From Sedimentisphaera cyanobacteriorum (lineage in GTDB: Bacteria; Planctomycetota; Phycisphaerae; Sedimentisphaerales; Sedimentisphaeraceae): a DNA stretch of 32,000 nt. Numbering within the stretch: the stretch's first letter is position 1; every line of letters starts with the position of its first letter. Where the stretch lies: the NCBI RefSeq assembly GCF_001997385.1, contig NZ_CP019633.1, positions 1,830,001-1,862,000 on the forward strand, read 5' to 3'. The notes beneath the pieces were generated by a model, which was not told the DNA's origin, searched no databases, and worked only from the letters and a program-made list of their open reading frames with translations. Of this stretch, positions 7,685 through 17,032 are shown piece by piece. Position numbers and translations under genes: made by a program.

Positions 7685-8551
7685 ATGAGTGATAAAAAAC
7701 AAAGACATTACTTTGATATGCTGGGGCGGATATTGAAGCTCTATTTCGCCCGTCCCGCAGACTGTCAAACCCTTGTAACCCAAAGCTACGACCGCATCAG
7801 CTCATCTTACGACCAAAGCTGGACAAACCACATGCGCGGGCTCACCGAATCGCTGATAAACCGCCTTGCGCCGCCCACCGGAAGCAAATGTATAGACCTA
7901 ACCTGCGGGACAGGCTATGCCTCAGAGCTGCTTGCAAGATGCAGCAGCGGGGAGGTAACAGGGGTGGATGCCTCCAGCGGTATGCTCGAGAAGGCAGAAG
8001 AAAACTGCGGGGATTTGTGCAGGTTCGTTAATTCAGACGTGCTCGACTTCCTCAAACAGCAGGAGAAGGGAAGCTGCGATATTATCACCTGCTGCTGGGG
8101 ACTTGGATACTCCAAGCCGATCGCCGTGATTAGGGAGATTGCCAGAGTTCTCAAGCCGGGCGGGAAGGCCGCAGTAATCGATAATTCCATCTTCTCCCTG
8201 CGGGAGATTATGTCCTGCTCGTTTCTCACCTTCGCTGAGAGCCCCGAGAAGCTCGAAAACCTAATGCGGTTTAAGTTTCTAACCGGCCCGGGAATGCTTG
8301 GGCTTTTCTATAGAATTTCCGGCCTTACAAAAATCTACAGCAGTCAGGGCAGCAAAACATACTATGCCCGTTCGGGGAAAGAGGCCATCGACAGGCTCAC
8401 CGTCACGGGCGCAGCAGCAGGCTTCGAATACGCGTGCAGACCGGAAGACAAAGATCAAATCTACAGCAGATTCGCAGAGCTTATCGAAGAGAAATACAAA
8501 GACGAAATTCCGATTGTCCACCGATACCTTTCGGGGATCGCAGTAAAATGA
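7685..8551 (+). CDS. Class I SAM-dependent methyltransferase
   Basis: It has motif I IDLTCGTGY and a post-I acidic residue in VTGVDAS, followed by LKPGGKAAV. I place the start at the ATG at 7685 (MSDKKQ...). The track start at 7574 would overlap purM by 52 nt. Confidence 0.8.
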   Translation: MSDKKQRHYFDMLGRILKLYFARPADCQTLVTQSYDRISSSYDQSWTNHMRGLTESLINRLAPPTGSKCIDLTCGTGYASELLARCSSGEVTGVDASSGMLEKAEENCGDLCRFVNSDVLDFLKQQEKGSCDIITCCWGLGYSKPIAVIREIARVLKPGGKAAVIDNSIFSLREIMSCSFLTFAESPEKLENLMRFKFLTGPGMLGLFYRISGLTKIYSSQGSKTYYARSGKEAIDRLTVTGAAAGFEYACRPEDKDQIYSRFAELIEEKYKDEIPIVHRYLSGIAVK

Positions 8552-9381
8552 CTTCCCGTATTCTCAGGCTTATCCGGCTGTATTATTCGCTTCCGCTTGC
8601 TGGCGGATTTATCGTTATAATGCTCTATCTAAGGGGCGGGTCGCTCGAAGGTGTACTGGAGAAAACGCTGCTCGCCTTCGCCTCGCTTTTCTGCATAATC
8701 TCTGCGGCATACTGCCTCAACGACATTTGTGACAGAAGGATTGATGCTGTAAACAAGCCCTCCCGAGTTCTCCCAAGCGGGAGTTTGAATGTAAAGACGG
8801 CTATAATCTTCTGCGCAGGCTTATTTGCAGCAGGTCTTGCGTTTGCGTTTTTCTGCGGAGCGGCTTTCTCAATCGCCGCCGCGGGGCTGTCGGGTCTGCT
8901 GATACTCTACGACACAAAATCCAAATCAGCAGGCGTGTTTAAGGTTCTGCTTGCTGCCGGGCTCACCACATCGCTCTATCCGCTTGCATTTACCCTCGCT
9001 GAACCCGTGCATACTCCCCGCCTTGCCGTTTTATACATCCACCCAGTCTGGCTTTTCTTCAGCTCGCTGGGCTATGAGCTGCTCAAGGATGCCCGAGATG
9101 TAAAAGGAGACAGCACCTTCAGCAGCGCAGATTTACAGTACAGGGAGAAAAAATATACACGTGCAGCGAGATTTATTATCCCCGCAGCATCATTGATAAC
9201 GCTTATCCCGTATTTTGCAGGTATGTGCAGAGAGGTTTACCTCGCCTCTGCCGCGGGGGCAATTCTCCTTGCAATCGCCTCTACAGGGCGCAAACCCTCC
9301 GCAGCAATAAGGCTTGTGTACTGCGAGGTTTTCCTCATCACCGCCGGCTCGCTGGCAGATATCATCATCTTCGGCCCATGA
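8548..9381 (+). CDS. UbiA-family aromatic prenyltransferase
   Basis: The first Asp-rich motif is NDICDRRIDAVNKPSRVLPSG and the second is in YELLKDARDVKGD. The protein is polytopic. The ATG at 8548 overlaps the methyltransferase stop in an ATGA. The track start at 8434 lies inside the upstream gene. Confidence 0.8.
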   Translation: MTSRILRLIRLYYSLPLAGGFIVIMLYLRGGSLEGVLEKTLLAFASLFCIISAAYCLNDICDRRIDAVNKPSRVLPSGSLNVKTAIIFCAGLFAAGLAFAFFCGAAFSIAAAGLSGLLILYDTKSKSAGVFKVLLAAGLTTSLYPLAFTLAEPVHTPRLAVLYIHPVWLFFSSLGYELLKDARDVKGDSTFSSADLQYREKKYTRAARFIIPAASLITLIPYFAGMCREVYLASAAGAILLAIASTGRKPSAAIRLVYCEVFLITAGSLADIIIFGP

Positions 9382-9427
9382 TTCAATCAAAATGAATTGC
9401 TGAAAAGCTAACGTTAATCAGATTTGG

Positions 9428-10633
9428 TTATGCGGCTTTCCTGAGTTTCGGGTCTATCGCATCACGCAGACCCTCGCCTACGAGGTTGTATGCCATAACG
9501 GTGAATATTATGGCCAGTCCGGGGAAGAGAGTCATCCACCATATAAACTCGCCGGAAGAATTAACGCCGAGGCTGAGCATCTGACCCCAGCTCGGCTTTG
9601 GCGGGACGATCCCGAAGCCAAGGAAGCTTAGAGCAGCCTCAATGAAAATTGCTCCAGCTATCCCGAAAGTTGCGTTCACAAGAACCGGAGCTACACCGTT
9701 GGGCAGGATATGCTTGAAGATAATACTGCTTGTAGGAAGGCCCAGAGCCCTTGCCGCATCCACGAAGTCCTGCTTCCTGAGCTTGAGGAATTCTGCCCGG
9801 ATAAATCTGGCGTTGCCTGTCCAGCTTGTGATACCGATAATTATCATTATATTGAACAGGCTCTTACCGAAGAAGGCTATAATCGTGAGAATCAGAAAGA
9901 AGGCGGGGATCGCCATCATAATCTCTATAAACCTCATCCCTATAAAATCCACAATACCGCCGAAAAAGCCGATAACAGAACCTATAAGAACGCCTATGGT
10001 TGTGGATATCCCCACAGCCACAAACCCCACAGACAGCGAGATCCTCGAGCCGTGGATAAGCCTTGCAAGCACATCCGAGCCCACATCGTCCGTGCCGAGA
10101 AGGTGCCTCTTCGAAGGCGGCTGATACTTATCTTCCAGCCTTGTCTCAGCATAGCTGTATGGGACTGGCGGGAATACTGCCCAGTTCTCTTCAGATTCCT
10201 TGACAATCTGCTTGTAATTTACGGTGCTGTTGTACGCTGGAATAACAGCTTTGAAAAATATTACGCCAGCCAGTATTATACCGGCAGTGATTATAAGCTG
10301 CCTTAAGAATATCTCGCCGCGTACAGAAGGCGTGTATTTTTTTGTATTGGATTTGATCTTGAAAATAAGCCCTATGCAGCAGGCTGCCGCAAATAATACG
10401 CTGTAGTCCGAGCTGTCTAAGGCAGCGAAAAGCGGAAAGCTCATCTCCCCGTCTATAATTGCAATGTAAGGCTTGCTGTTGGCTATAAAAGGAGCAAAAA
10501 CCGCTATCACAAACAGCAGAATAATAAAGCCGAGGCAAACTATATTAAGCCTGTTTTTCCGGAACTGCTCCCAAGTGAGCTGTCCGAATGTTTTTCCCCA
10601 GTTCCTTTTTTGATTGATACTTTCGTTTGCCAT
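9428..10633 (-). CDS. ABC transporter permease, OppC/DppC-like, with a long N-terminal extension
   Basis: The BPD-transport core includes the EAA-like segment FVDAARALGLPTSSIIFKHILPN and the C-terminal tail DAIDPKLR. This is the second gene of a permease pair. Confidence 0.85.
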   Translation of the reverse strand: MANESINQKRNWGKTFGQLTWEQFRKNRLNIVCLGFIILLFVIAVFAPFIANSKPYIAIIDGEMSFPLFAALDSSDYSVLFAAACCIGLIFKIKSNTKKYTPSVRGEIFLRQLIITAGIILAGVIFFKAVIPAYNSTVNYKQIVKESEENWAVFPPVPYSYAETRLEDKYQPPSKRHLLGTDDVGSDVLARLIHGSRISLSVGFVAVGISTTIGVLIGSVIGFFGGIVDFIGMRFIEIMMAIPAFFLILTIIAFFGKSLFNIMIIIGITSWTGNARFIRAEFLKLRKQDFVDAARALGLPTSSIIFKHILPNGVAPVLVNATFGIAGAIFIEAALSFLGFGIVPPKPSWGQMLSLGVNSSGEFIWWMTLFPGLAIIFTVMAYNLVGEGLRDAIDPKLRKAA

Positions 10634-11622
10634 CAGTCGTAAGATATCCTCGGGTCAGCTATTGCATAACATATATCGGCCAGAAGAAGCCCCGCGAGAT
10701 TAAGCACTCCCGAAATCGTGGCCACTGCCATCACCACATTATAGTCCCTTGTGGTTATCGCTTCGAACGCCAGAAGCCCCATCCCCGGTATTGAAAAGAG
10801 CTTTTCTATAATTACAGACCCCGCTATCATAGCGGGCAGAAGAGTTGCCAGAACCGTTATTACCGGTATTATGCTGTTCCTGAACGCATGGCGGAAGATT
10901 ACTGTTTTCTCAGCAAGCCCCTTTGCCCTTGCAGTTCGAACGTAGTCCATCCTGAGATTATCGAGCATACTCGCCCGGACGATTTTGGTAAGGTAGGTAA
11001 AGCCGTTGAAGGTGATGCAAAGCACCGGCAGAACCAGATGCCAGATGCGGTCTTTGAGCCATACGAGGAAGGACATCTTATCGGAGTTGTTGCTGCTTAT
11101 TCCCGAGGAGGGGAACCAGTTGAAGAAGTCGGGATTGGAGAAATAGCCTATCAGCATCTGCCCAACCCACATTATCGGAAGAGACCACAGAATAAACAGC
11201 ACGACAGATATTGCCCTGTCGGTGAATCTGTTGTGGCGAAGTGCTGAGAGCGTTCCAAGAGGCAGGGCTACCAGATAGATTATCGTAAAGGCGGTTAGGT
11301 TGAGCGTGAGTGTGATGGGCAATCGCTCCGCTATGAGGTCTATAACAGGGCGGTGGTGCTTGAAAGACTGCCCGAAATTGAGCTGAACGATATTCTTGAG
11401 CCAGATGAAGTATTGAACTGGTTCGGGCTTATCGAGGCCGTAAAGCTCGAGCTGAGCCTCCCTTGCCTCCTGATTTTGCCCGCTTTGAATACCCTGATCC
11501 AGACCCATCTGCATAGCAATCGGATCACCCGGGGCAAGCCGGCTTATCGCAAATACCAGAATAGTAATTCCGATGAGTGTCGGAATCATAAGCAGGATTC
11601 TTCTAATAACGTAGGTGGTCAT
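10633..11622 (-). CDS. ABC transporter permease, OppB/DppB-like
   Basis: The N-terminus MTTYVIRRILLMIPTLIGITILVF, the segment DYVRTARAKGLAEKTVIFRHAFRN and the C-terminal YAIADPRI are typical of OppB/DppB. It overlaps the next gene by 1 nt. Confidence 0.85.
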   Translation of the reverse strand: MTTYVIRRILLMIPTLIGITILVFAISRLAPGDPIAMQMGLDQGIQSGQNQEAREAQLELYGLDKPEPVQYFIWLKNIVQLNFGQSFKHHRPVIDLIAERLPITLTLNLTAFTIIYLVALPLGTLSALRHNRFTDRAISVVLFILWSLPIMWVGQMLIGYFSNPDFFNWFPSSGISSNNSDKMSFLVWLKDRIWHLVLPVLCITFNGFTYLTKIVRASMLDNLRMDYVRTARAKGLAEKTVIFRHAFRNSIIPVITVLATLLPAMIAGSVIIEKLFSIPGMGLLAFEAITTRDYNVVMAVATISGVLNLAGLLLADICYAIADPRISYD

Positions 11623-12124
11623 AAAGTCCAGAATTTAAAAAGAATTACTTCAGCTCGCTCAATACTGAATACCTTGCCACAGTCGATCGACGCGGCGGTT
11701 ATTATATGTTTCATCCCTTTTTAAGCCAACAATTTTTTACCTTCAGCGATTGCGAAAAAGCCTGCGTACAAAAGCGGCGTCCGTTTCGGACTGCACGTGC
11801 CTCTCGGATTAAATGTCCGCTGCATTTTTATAAAAAAACAAAGGTTTTAGATAGGTTTTGCAGGACTTTGGAGCATAAGATTGGTTTAAAACGCTAAGAA
11901 TCGGAGGAAACGATGGTTTTTGTAAATTATTTAATGACACAGATTTAAGCACACTTAAAATTTGCGGAATCAGTGCAGTTTGTGGGTAAAACTTCGATGC
12001 GGCTTAAATCTGCCCAGTCAGCGGATATCAAGCATCGTTCTGAAAAAAATGTAAAAAACTGAATGCAGCGGATATTTGAATACAACTCGCAGAAGCCTAA
12101 TGTTTAATTTGAAGAGGGTTATTT

Positions 12125-13084
12125 ATGAGTTTGAAAAGATGTTTACCGTTTGTCCTGCTCACGACTCTGGCTTTTGCCTCTCAGCCCCCGGAGGAGCTTA
12201 TCTCTTCCTATTCAGGCGGGGCCGCTTGGAATGAAGACAGCTCAGAGCTCAAATTTATTACCTCCGGAACGATAAACCTCAATCGCGAGAACCTCCGCAG
12301 CCATTTCTGGGATGTCCCGAAAGAGGTTTCAAGGATTGTTATCGGGAAAAACTGCATTGTAACCGGCGCATTCCACACCTGCAGCGACTGCACTATAGAA
12401 GGCGAAGACAGAAACACATCCATCGTTTACGGCACCGACCAGCAGAAATGGGCAGACAGCAGAGGCCTGAAGGCATACGAGTATTCACAGTTTCAGAATC
12501 GAGGAGGGGTTCTGCGCGTCCGCAATCTCACGGCAGTAAATCCGTTCGCATTTTTCATCAGGGGCTGGAAGAATCAGTGCCACGCTGAGAAATGCAGCTT
12601 CATAGACAACCGCGGCGGCTGGGGAAACCACTCAGACGGCTTCTCCGGCGGGCACGGCTCGACAATCAAAGACTGCTATTTTGAAACCGGCGATGATGCC
12701 ATCAAATGCTATTTCGATATTGAGGTTTCAGGCGTAACGATAAAGATGATTCAAAACTGCGTCCCGTTTCAGTTCGGCTGGAATACATATCAGGATTCTG
12801 TGAGCAGGATCAAAGACGTAACGATTATTGGCAGCCGGGGCAGAGGCAGGGCGAAACCTGTTTTTCAGTGGAAAAGCGGGGAAGACCATAAGAAGGTATT
12901 CATAGACGGGCTGCAAGTGTTTAATCCAAAGGCAAGCGTTTTCGAGCTACAGAGCAAAGGCAGGCTCGATATCGATATAAAAAACGCATTCATTAACGTC
13001 CGCAGATACGGCACGAAAAACTTTACAGGCACCCGCAAAATATGCGGAACGCAAAAACAGATGAACCTGCATGTATGCCCGTGA
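12125..13084 (+). CDS. Secreted right-handed beta-helix (pectin-lyase fold, GH28-like) protein
   Basis: It has a Sec signal peptide (LLTTLAFASQ). NHSDGFSGGHGSTIKDCYFETGDDAIKC resembles the NTDG / GDD..IK pattern of GH28-type beta-helix enzymes. The family call is tentative. Confidence 0.5.
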   Translation: MSLKRCLPFVLLTTLAFASQPPEELISSYSGGAAWNEDSSELKFITSGTINLNRENLRSHFWDVPKEVSRIVIGKNCIVTGAFHTCSDCTIEGEDRNTSIVYGTDQQKWADSRGLKAYEYSQFQNRGGVLRVRNLTAVNPFAFFIRGWKNQCHAEKCSFIDNRGGWGNHSDGFSGGHGSTIKDCYFETGDDAIKCYFDIEVSGVTIKMIQNCVPFQFGWNTYQDSVSRIKDVTIIGSRGRGRAKPVFQWKSGEDHKKVFIDGLQVFNPKASVFELQSKGRLDIDIKNAFINVRRYGTKNFTGTRKICGTQKQMNLHVCP

Positions 13085-13263
13085 ACACCCCGAGAAAATA
13101 TCAATTTTGACAAGCTGTAAATCCTTTTCAGCAGATATTTATGAATAAGAAAAAATCAGCGGACTTTTTGAAAGCAAAGACGCTTTAAAATCGGCGTTGA
13201 TAATTTTCCTGTTTGGTTTATATTTTCTCGCTGTTTTTTATCTCTTGAAAGGGATCAAGGCTT

Positions 13264-14511
13264 ATGGCTTTAGGTATTGCAGAGCTGATACTCCTCGGGC
13301 TGCTCGTTGACTGGCTGATGCGTTTTGCGCGTATCCCGGGTCTTGTGGGTCTGCTGCTTCTTGGTGTGGTGATGGGTCCGCATTTTCTCGATGCTGTAAA
13401 CCCCGCTGCTGCCGCCGTTTCAGCGGATTGGCGGATGATTGCGCTTGTGGTTATTCTGCTTCGTGCAGGGCTTGAGATGAGCCGGCAGGCCCTTGCGCAG
13501 GTTGGGCTTCGCGCAGGACTGATGGCATTTATCCCGTGCCTGTTTGAGGTGTCCGCAGTAACTCTGGCTGCCCCGCACCTTTTGGGGCTTACTTTACTGG
13601 AATCTGCAATGCTCGGCTCTGTGCTTGCTGCTGTTTCTCCAGCGGTTGTAGTACCGCTGATGATAAGCTTCATCGAAGAACGCAAGGGAGAAGACAAAGG
13701 CGCTCCAACGCTTATTCTTGCCGGAGCATCATGCGATGATGCTGTTGCGATTGTTCTTGCCGGAGCGTTTATAAGTATGTATGCCGGAAGCGATGTGAGC
13801 ATTGCATCAGAGCTTGCAGGCGTGCCGGTGTCGATTGTATCAGGGATAGCAGCGGGGCTGGGGATAGGTTTTTTTCTATGCCGTTTTTTTGAAAAATTCA
13901 ATCCCAGAGCCACAAAACGCGTGCTTATCCTGCTGGGGCTTTCGATAATTATCCTGAATCTCGAAAAATGGATTGAAGAAATCTTCCCGTTTGCCTCTCT
14001 GCTTGCGATAATGGCCGCCGGCTTTATCATCCTCGAGAAAAGAGAGCATATCGCCCACGAGCTCTCCAGCAAACTCGGGAAGGTGTGGGTATTTGCTCAG
14101 CTTCTTCTTTTCATCTTTGTGGGCACAGAGGTTAATGTGCCTGTTGCCCTGAAGACCGGATTATCGGGGGTCGCGGTGATATTTATCGGGCTTCTCGGAA
14201 GGAGCATTGCCGTACAGCTGTGTATGATTAAGAGCAGATTCAACGCCCGCGAGAGGCTCTTTATAACGCTCGCATATCTTCCCAAGGCTACAGTTCAGGC
14301 CGCAATAGGCGCTGCCCCGCTCGCTGCTATGAAGGCAGGCGGGATGAATACCGCCCCGGGCGAGATTATCCTCGCTGCCGCTGCGATGAGCATCGTGATA
14401 ACAGCTCCTCTTGGGAGCATCGCCATAAGCTGGGGCGGGAGACACTTAATTTCTCAGTCCCCAGCGCAAACACAATCACCTGCAAGAGATGCCGCTGTTG
14501 AAAGCCGGTAA
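13264..14511 (+). CDS. Cation:proton antiporter (Na+/H+ exchanger family)
   Basis: This is a 415-aa polytopic protein. Its N-terminus LLGLLVDWLMRFARIPGLVGLLLLGVVMGP is typical of CPA-type exchangers. The 284-aa minus-strand ORF 13218..14072 is its antisense shadow. Confidence 0.8.
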   Translation: MALGIAELILLGLLVDWLMRFARIPGLVGLLLLGVVMGPHFLDAVNPAAAAVSADWRMIALVVILLRAGLEMSRQALAQVGLRAGLMAFIPCLFEVSAVTLAAPHLLGLTLLESAMLGSVLAAVSPAVVVPLMISFIEERKGEDKGAPTLILAGASCDDAVAIVLAGAFISMYAGSDVSIASELAGVPVSIVSGIAAGLGIGFFLCRFFEKFNPRATKRVLILLGLSIIILNLEKWIEEIFPFASLLAIMAAGFIILEKREHIAHELSSKLGKVWVFAQLLLFIFVGTEVNVPVALKTGLSGVAVIFIGLLGRSIAVQLCMIKSRFNARERLFITLAYLPKATVQAAIGAAPLAAMKAGGMNTAPGEIILAAAAMSIVITAPLGSIAISWGGRHLISQSPAQTQSPARDAAVESR

Positions 14512-14893
14512 ACCTTCAATCCAGCAGTATTATGCACTGGCGAAACACAATATAGAATCTTCCATAATTGAGAGAGCAGATTAAAGGGGCTGCATTCTAA
14601 AACCAGATCGGTGAACCAAAACAGAGAACAACTCAGCTTTATTGAAAACAAAAAAAAGCTTCAAAATATTTTAAAACTTCTTGAATCGGCGTTTAAAATG
14701 GTCTATGGTACACTCTTGAGTTTGACAATGCAGACTGTAAGTTTTTTCTGCTTGATTTTCAGCCGCCTGTATTATCTTAATCTTTTGCTGAGAACCCCTT
14801 AAATCAGAAAAGTTTAGAGTTTCATTGATTGCTTTGGGCTTCTTTGAAACTTAAAGAGTTATTCAATTAGTTTTTATTGGAAAGGCGTTGAAA

Positions 14894-15821
14894 ATGAAAA
14901 ATTTCAAATTAGTGCTGATTCTGCTCTTTTGTTCTGCAGGTTTTCTTCGGGCGGATTATGAGTCTAATCTCATAGTTGATGTTCCAAACGGCCAAATACA
15001 CTGGAGCAGCGGCGATTACGATGTGGTCGCATTTGATGTTGATAGTTTCATAGTCGCAGAGTATGTGGTGATGAAATGCCTCGACGACAACACCAACGAC
15101 AGCGGCACTGAAACCTATGAGGTGGCGATAACTTCAGACTCCGGCGGGTCAAACATGCTCACTTCGGCTCAGATAACAGAAAATTTCGGCAATACGGGGG
15201 ACTGCGATTCCTACACGTTCGATTTTCCTGATATCGATCTGGACTTTGGCACATATTATCTGCGAACAAAAACTGTATCCGGAGCACCCGTGCGTTCGTG
15301 GGGGGGTTGACCGGCTCTATTACACCGGTAAAACCGTGAGAAACGATTCGGTTTTAGTGGACGTGCCTAACGGAACAGTTTACTGGAACAACGGCTATTC
15401 TGAGTTTATGCCATTTACCCTAGACCAGCAGTCTATCGCAACGCATTACTATATGCCCTGCCTGGACGACAATACCAACGACAGCGGCACTGAAACTTTT
15501 AAGGTGTCTATAACCTCAGATTCAAAGGGCAATGACGTTATTACATACGCGGAGGTTACTGCCAACTTCGGGAACACCGGCGACTGCAGCGGGTACGATT
15601 TTGATTTTCCGGATGCTCTGCTTGAAGCCGACACAACCTACTATTTGCGAACAACGGCGGTAAGCGGTGCTCCAGTGAGGAGCTGGGGCAAAGACTACCT
15701 CTCGTTTATGTATCAGCCCGAACACACGCTCAGCTGTGATTTCAATAACGACGGAATAGTAAACACCGAAGATCTGATGATGTTTTCACAGCAGTGGCTC
15801 GCTGAAGAGGCTTGGTATTAG
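14894..15821 (+). pseudogene. Secreted protein with two tandem ~113-aa Cys-pair modules and a dockerin-like tail, interrupted by a frameshift in a G7 run
   Basis: The track ORFs 14888..15310 and 15246..15821 encode paralogous modules, at 14966-15304 and 15348-15689. Both carry VDVPNG...CLDDNTNDSGTE...NFGNTGDC...YYLRT..SGAPVRSWG. The first ORF stops as tgg ggg ggt tga in the run G15300-G15306. One G fewer reads WGVDRLYYTGK... straight into the second ORF. A signal peptide (MKNFKLVLILLFCSAGFLRA) starts at the ATG at 14894. Confidence 0.7.
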
Positions 15822-16464
15822 GGTTTGATTTTGACGCTGAGCTCTGGTAGGCCGCGAAGATTTTATTTACAGATTCTCGCTGATTTTACAGATTTGTGTT
15901 AAATCTAAACCATTTTAATGAAATGGTCTATAAAGTACTTCGTGGCCTTCGGGGCTTTGAGTTTTAGAACCAGTGATCCAGCTGGATAGTAAATTATCCT
16001 GTCTATTAGGTGAAATAGTATTGCTCCATACTTCGAAAGCATGCGACAATATTTTCCGGAAAAGCTTTTTAAAGCCGAATCTATCCGCTTGTTTCGTCCG
16101 CCGCAGGCGGAGAAATAAGCGGACAGCAGGCGCCCATCACAGAATGGCAGCAGCAATTACGAGCTTAGAAGGCGCTGCCCAGCCCAGTCCGCTATAATAT
16201 GTAGATTTTTTTCGCTTTGGAGAGATGAGCGATCGCGCAGGTTCGCCACTACTCGCCAACAAAACCCGCAGACAAAAAATCTTTAGCGAGTTTCAGGGTA
16301 ATATAGACAGTAATAAATTCTGCAAAGCATTGCAGAATGATGATTTGCATTTTGCCAAAAAAAAATTTTCGTACACCTTCGAAAGCCGGCCCAAACACAG
16401 TAATTGCAATTATGCAGGAAAAAGATTAAAATCAGCATCAAAAGGTTTGTTTTTGCGGGGAATT

Positions 16465-17019
16465 ATGACTGAATACGAAAAAATGATGGCCGGTGAGCTG
16501 TATTATGCAGGGGACCCGGAGCTGAGAAAAATTCGCAGTTATGCGCGAAGTCTGCTTGATGAGATGAATAAATCAGTGAGCGAGATTAAGCCCGGCCAGC
16601 GTTACGAGCTTGCTGAGAAGCTTTTCGGGCGTATGGGGGAGAATTTGTTCCTCCAGCCCCCCTTCTACTGCGATTACGGGGAGAATATCGAGCTCGGGGA
16701 CAATGTGTTTTTCAATTACGGCTGCGTTTTTTTGGATGTTGCGAAGATTCGAGTTGGCTCGAACGTGCTTTTCGCTCCGAATGTTCAGGTGTACACTGCC
16801 TCCCATCCCCTCGATTTTTCTCTGAGGAGGGATGAACAGGAATTCGGCAAGCCAATCACTATTGGCGATGATGCCTGGATCGGCGGCGGGGCGATTATCT
16901 GCCCGGGGGTAAAAGTAGGCAAGTGCAGTGTAGTTGGTGCGGGGGCTGTGGTTACTAAAGACGTAGCGCCCTCGACGGTTGCAGCCGGCAATCCTGCGCG
17001 GGTAATAAAACGTATTTGA
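16465..17019 (+). CDS. maa: Maltose/galactoside O-acetyltransferase (hexapeptide-repeat, Maa/LacA family)
   Basis: The Mac-type N-terminus is MTEYEKMMAGELYYAGDPELRKIR. Left-handed beta-helix repeats follow (IGDDAWIGGGAIICPGVKVGKCSVVGAGAVV) and the protein ends GNPARVIKRI. It is 184 aa from the ATG at 16465. The track start at 16225 adds 80 low-complexity residues. Confidence 0.85.
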   Translation: MTEYEKMMAGELYYAGDPELRKIRSYARSLLDEMNKSVSEIKPGQRYELAEKLFGRMGENLFLQPPFYCDYGENIELGDNVFFNYGCVFLDVAKIRVGSNVLFAPNVQVYTASHPLDFSLRRDEQEFGKPITIGDDAWIGGGAIICPGVKVGKCSVVGAGAVVTKDVAPSTVAAGNPARVIKRI

Positions 17020-17032
17020 AAAGCAGTCTGTA

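Noticed and set aside
8434-8547. An N-terminal extension of the UbiA-family gene (track start 8434)
   Set aside because: It lies inside the methyltransferase gene. The ATG at 8548 forms an ATGA overlap and begins directly with the first TM region.
9642-10306. Plus-strand ORFs of 160 and 198 aa inside the OppC-like gene
   Set aside because: They are antisense shadows with no motifs. The minus strand encodes a complete permease with an EAA loop.
13218-14072. A 284-aa minus-strand ORF overlapping the antiporter gene
   Set aside because: It is an antisense shadow. Its product is Ser/Ala/Arg/Pro-rich and low-complexity with no motifs, whereas the plus-strand frame encodes a coherent polytopic exchanger.
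16225-16464. An 80-residue N-terminal extension of the acetyltransferase (track start 16225)
   Set aside because: Maa/LacA-type enzymes are about 185 aa and begin with the Mac domain, found here from MTEYEKMMAGELYYAG at 16465. The upstream part is low-complexity and contains intergenic repeat fragments.
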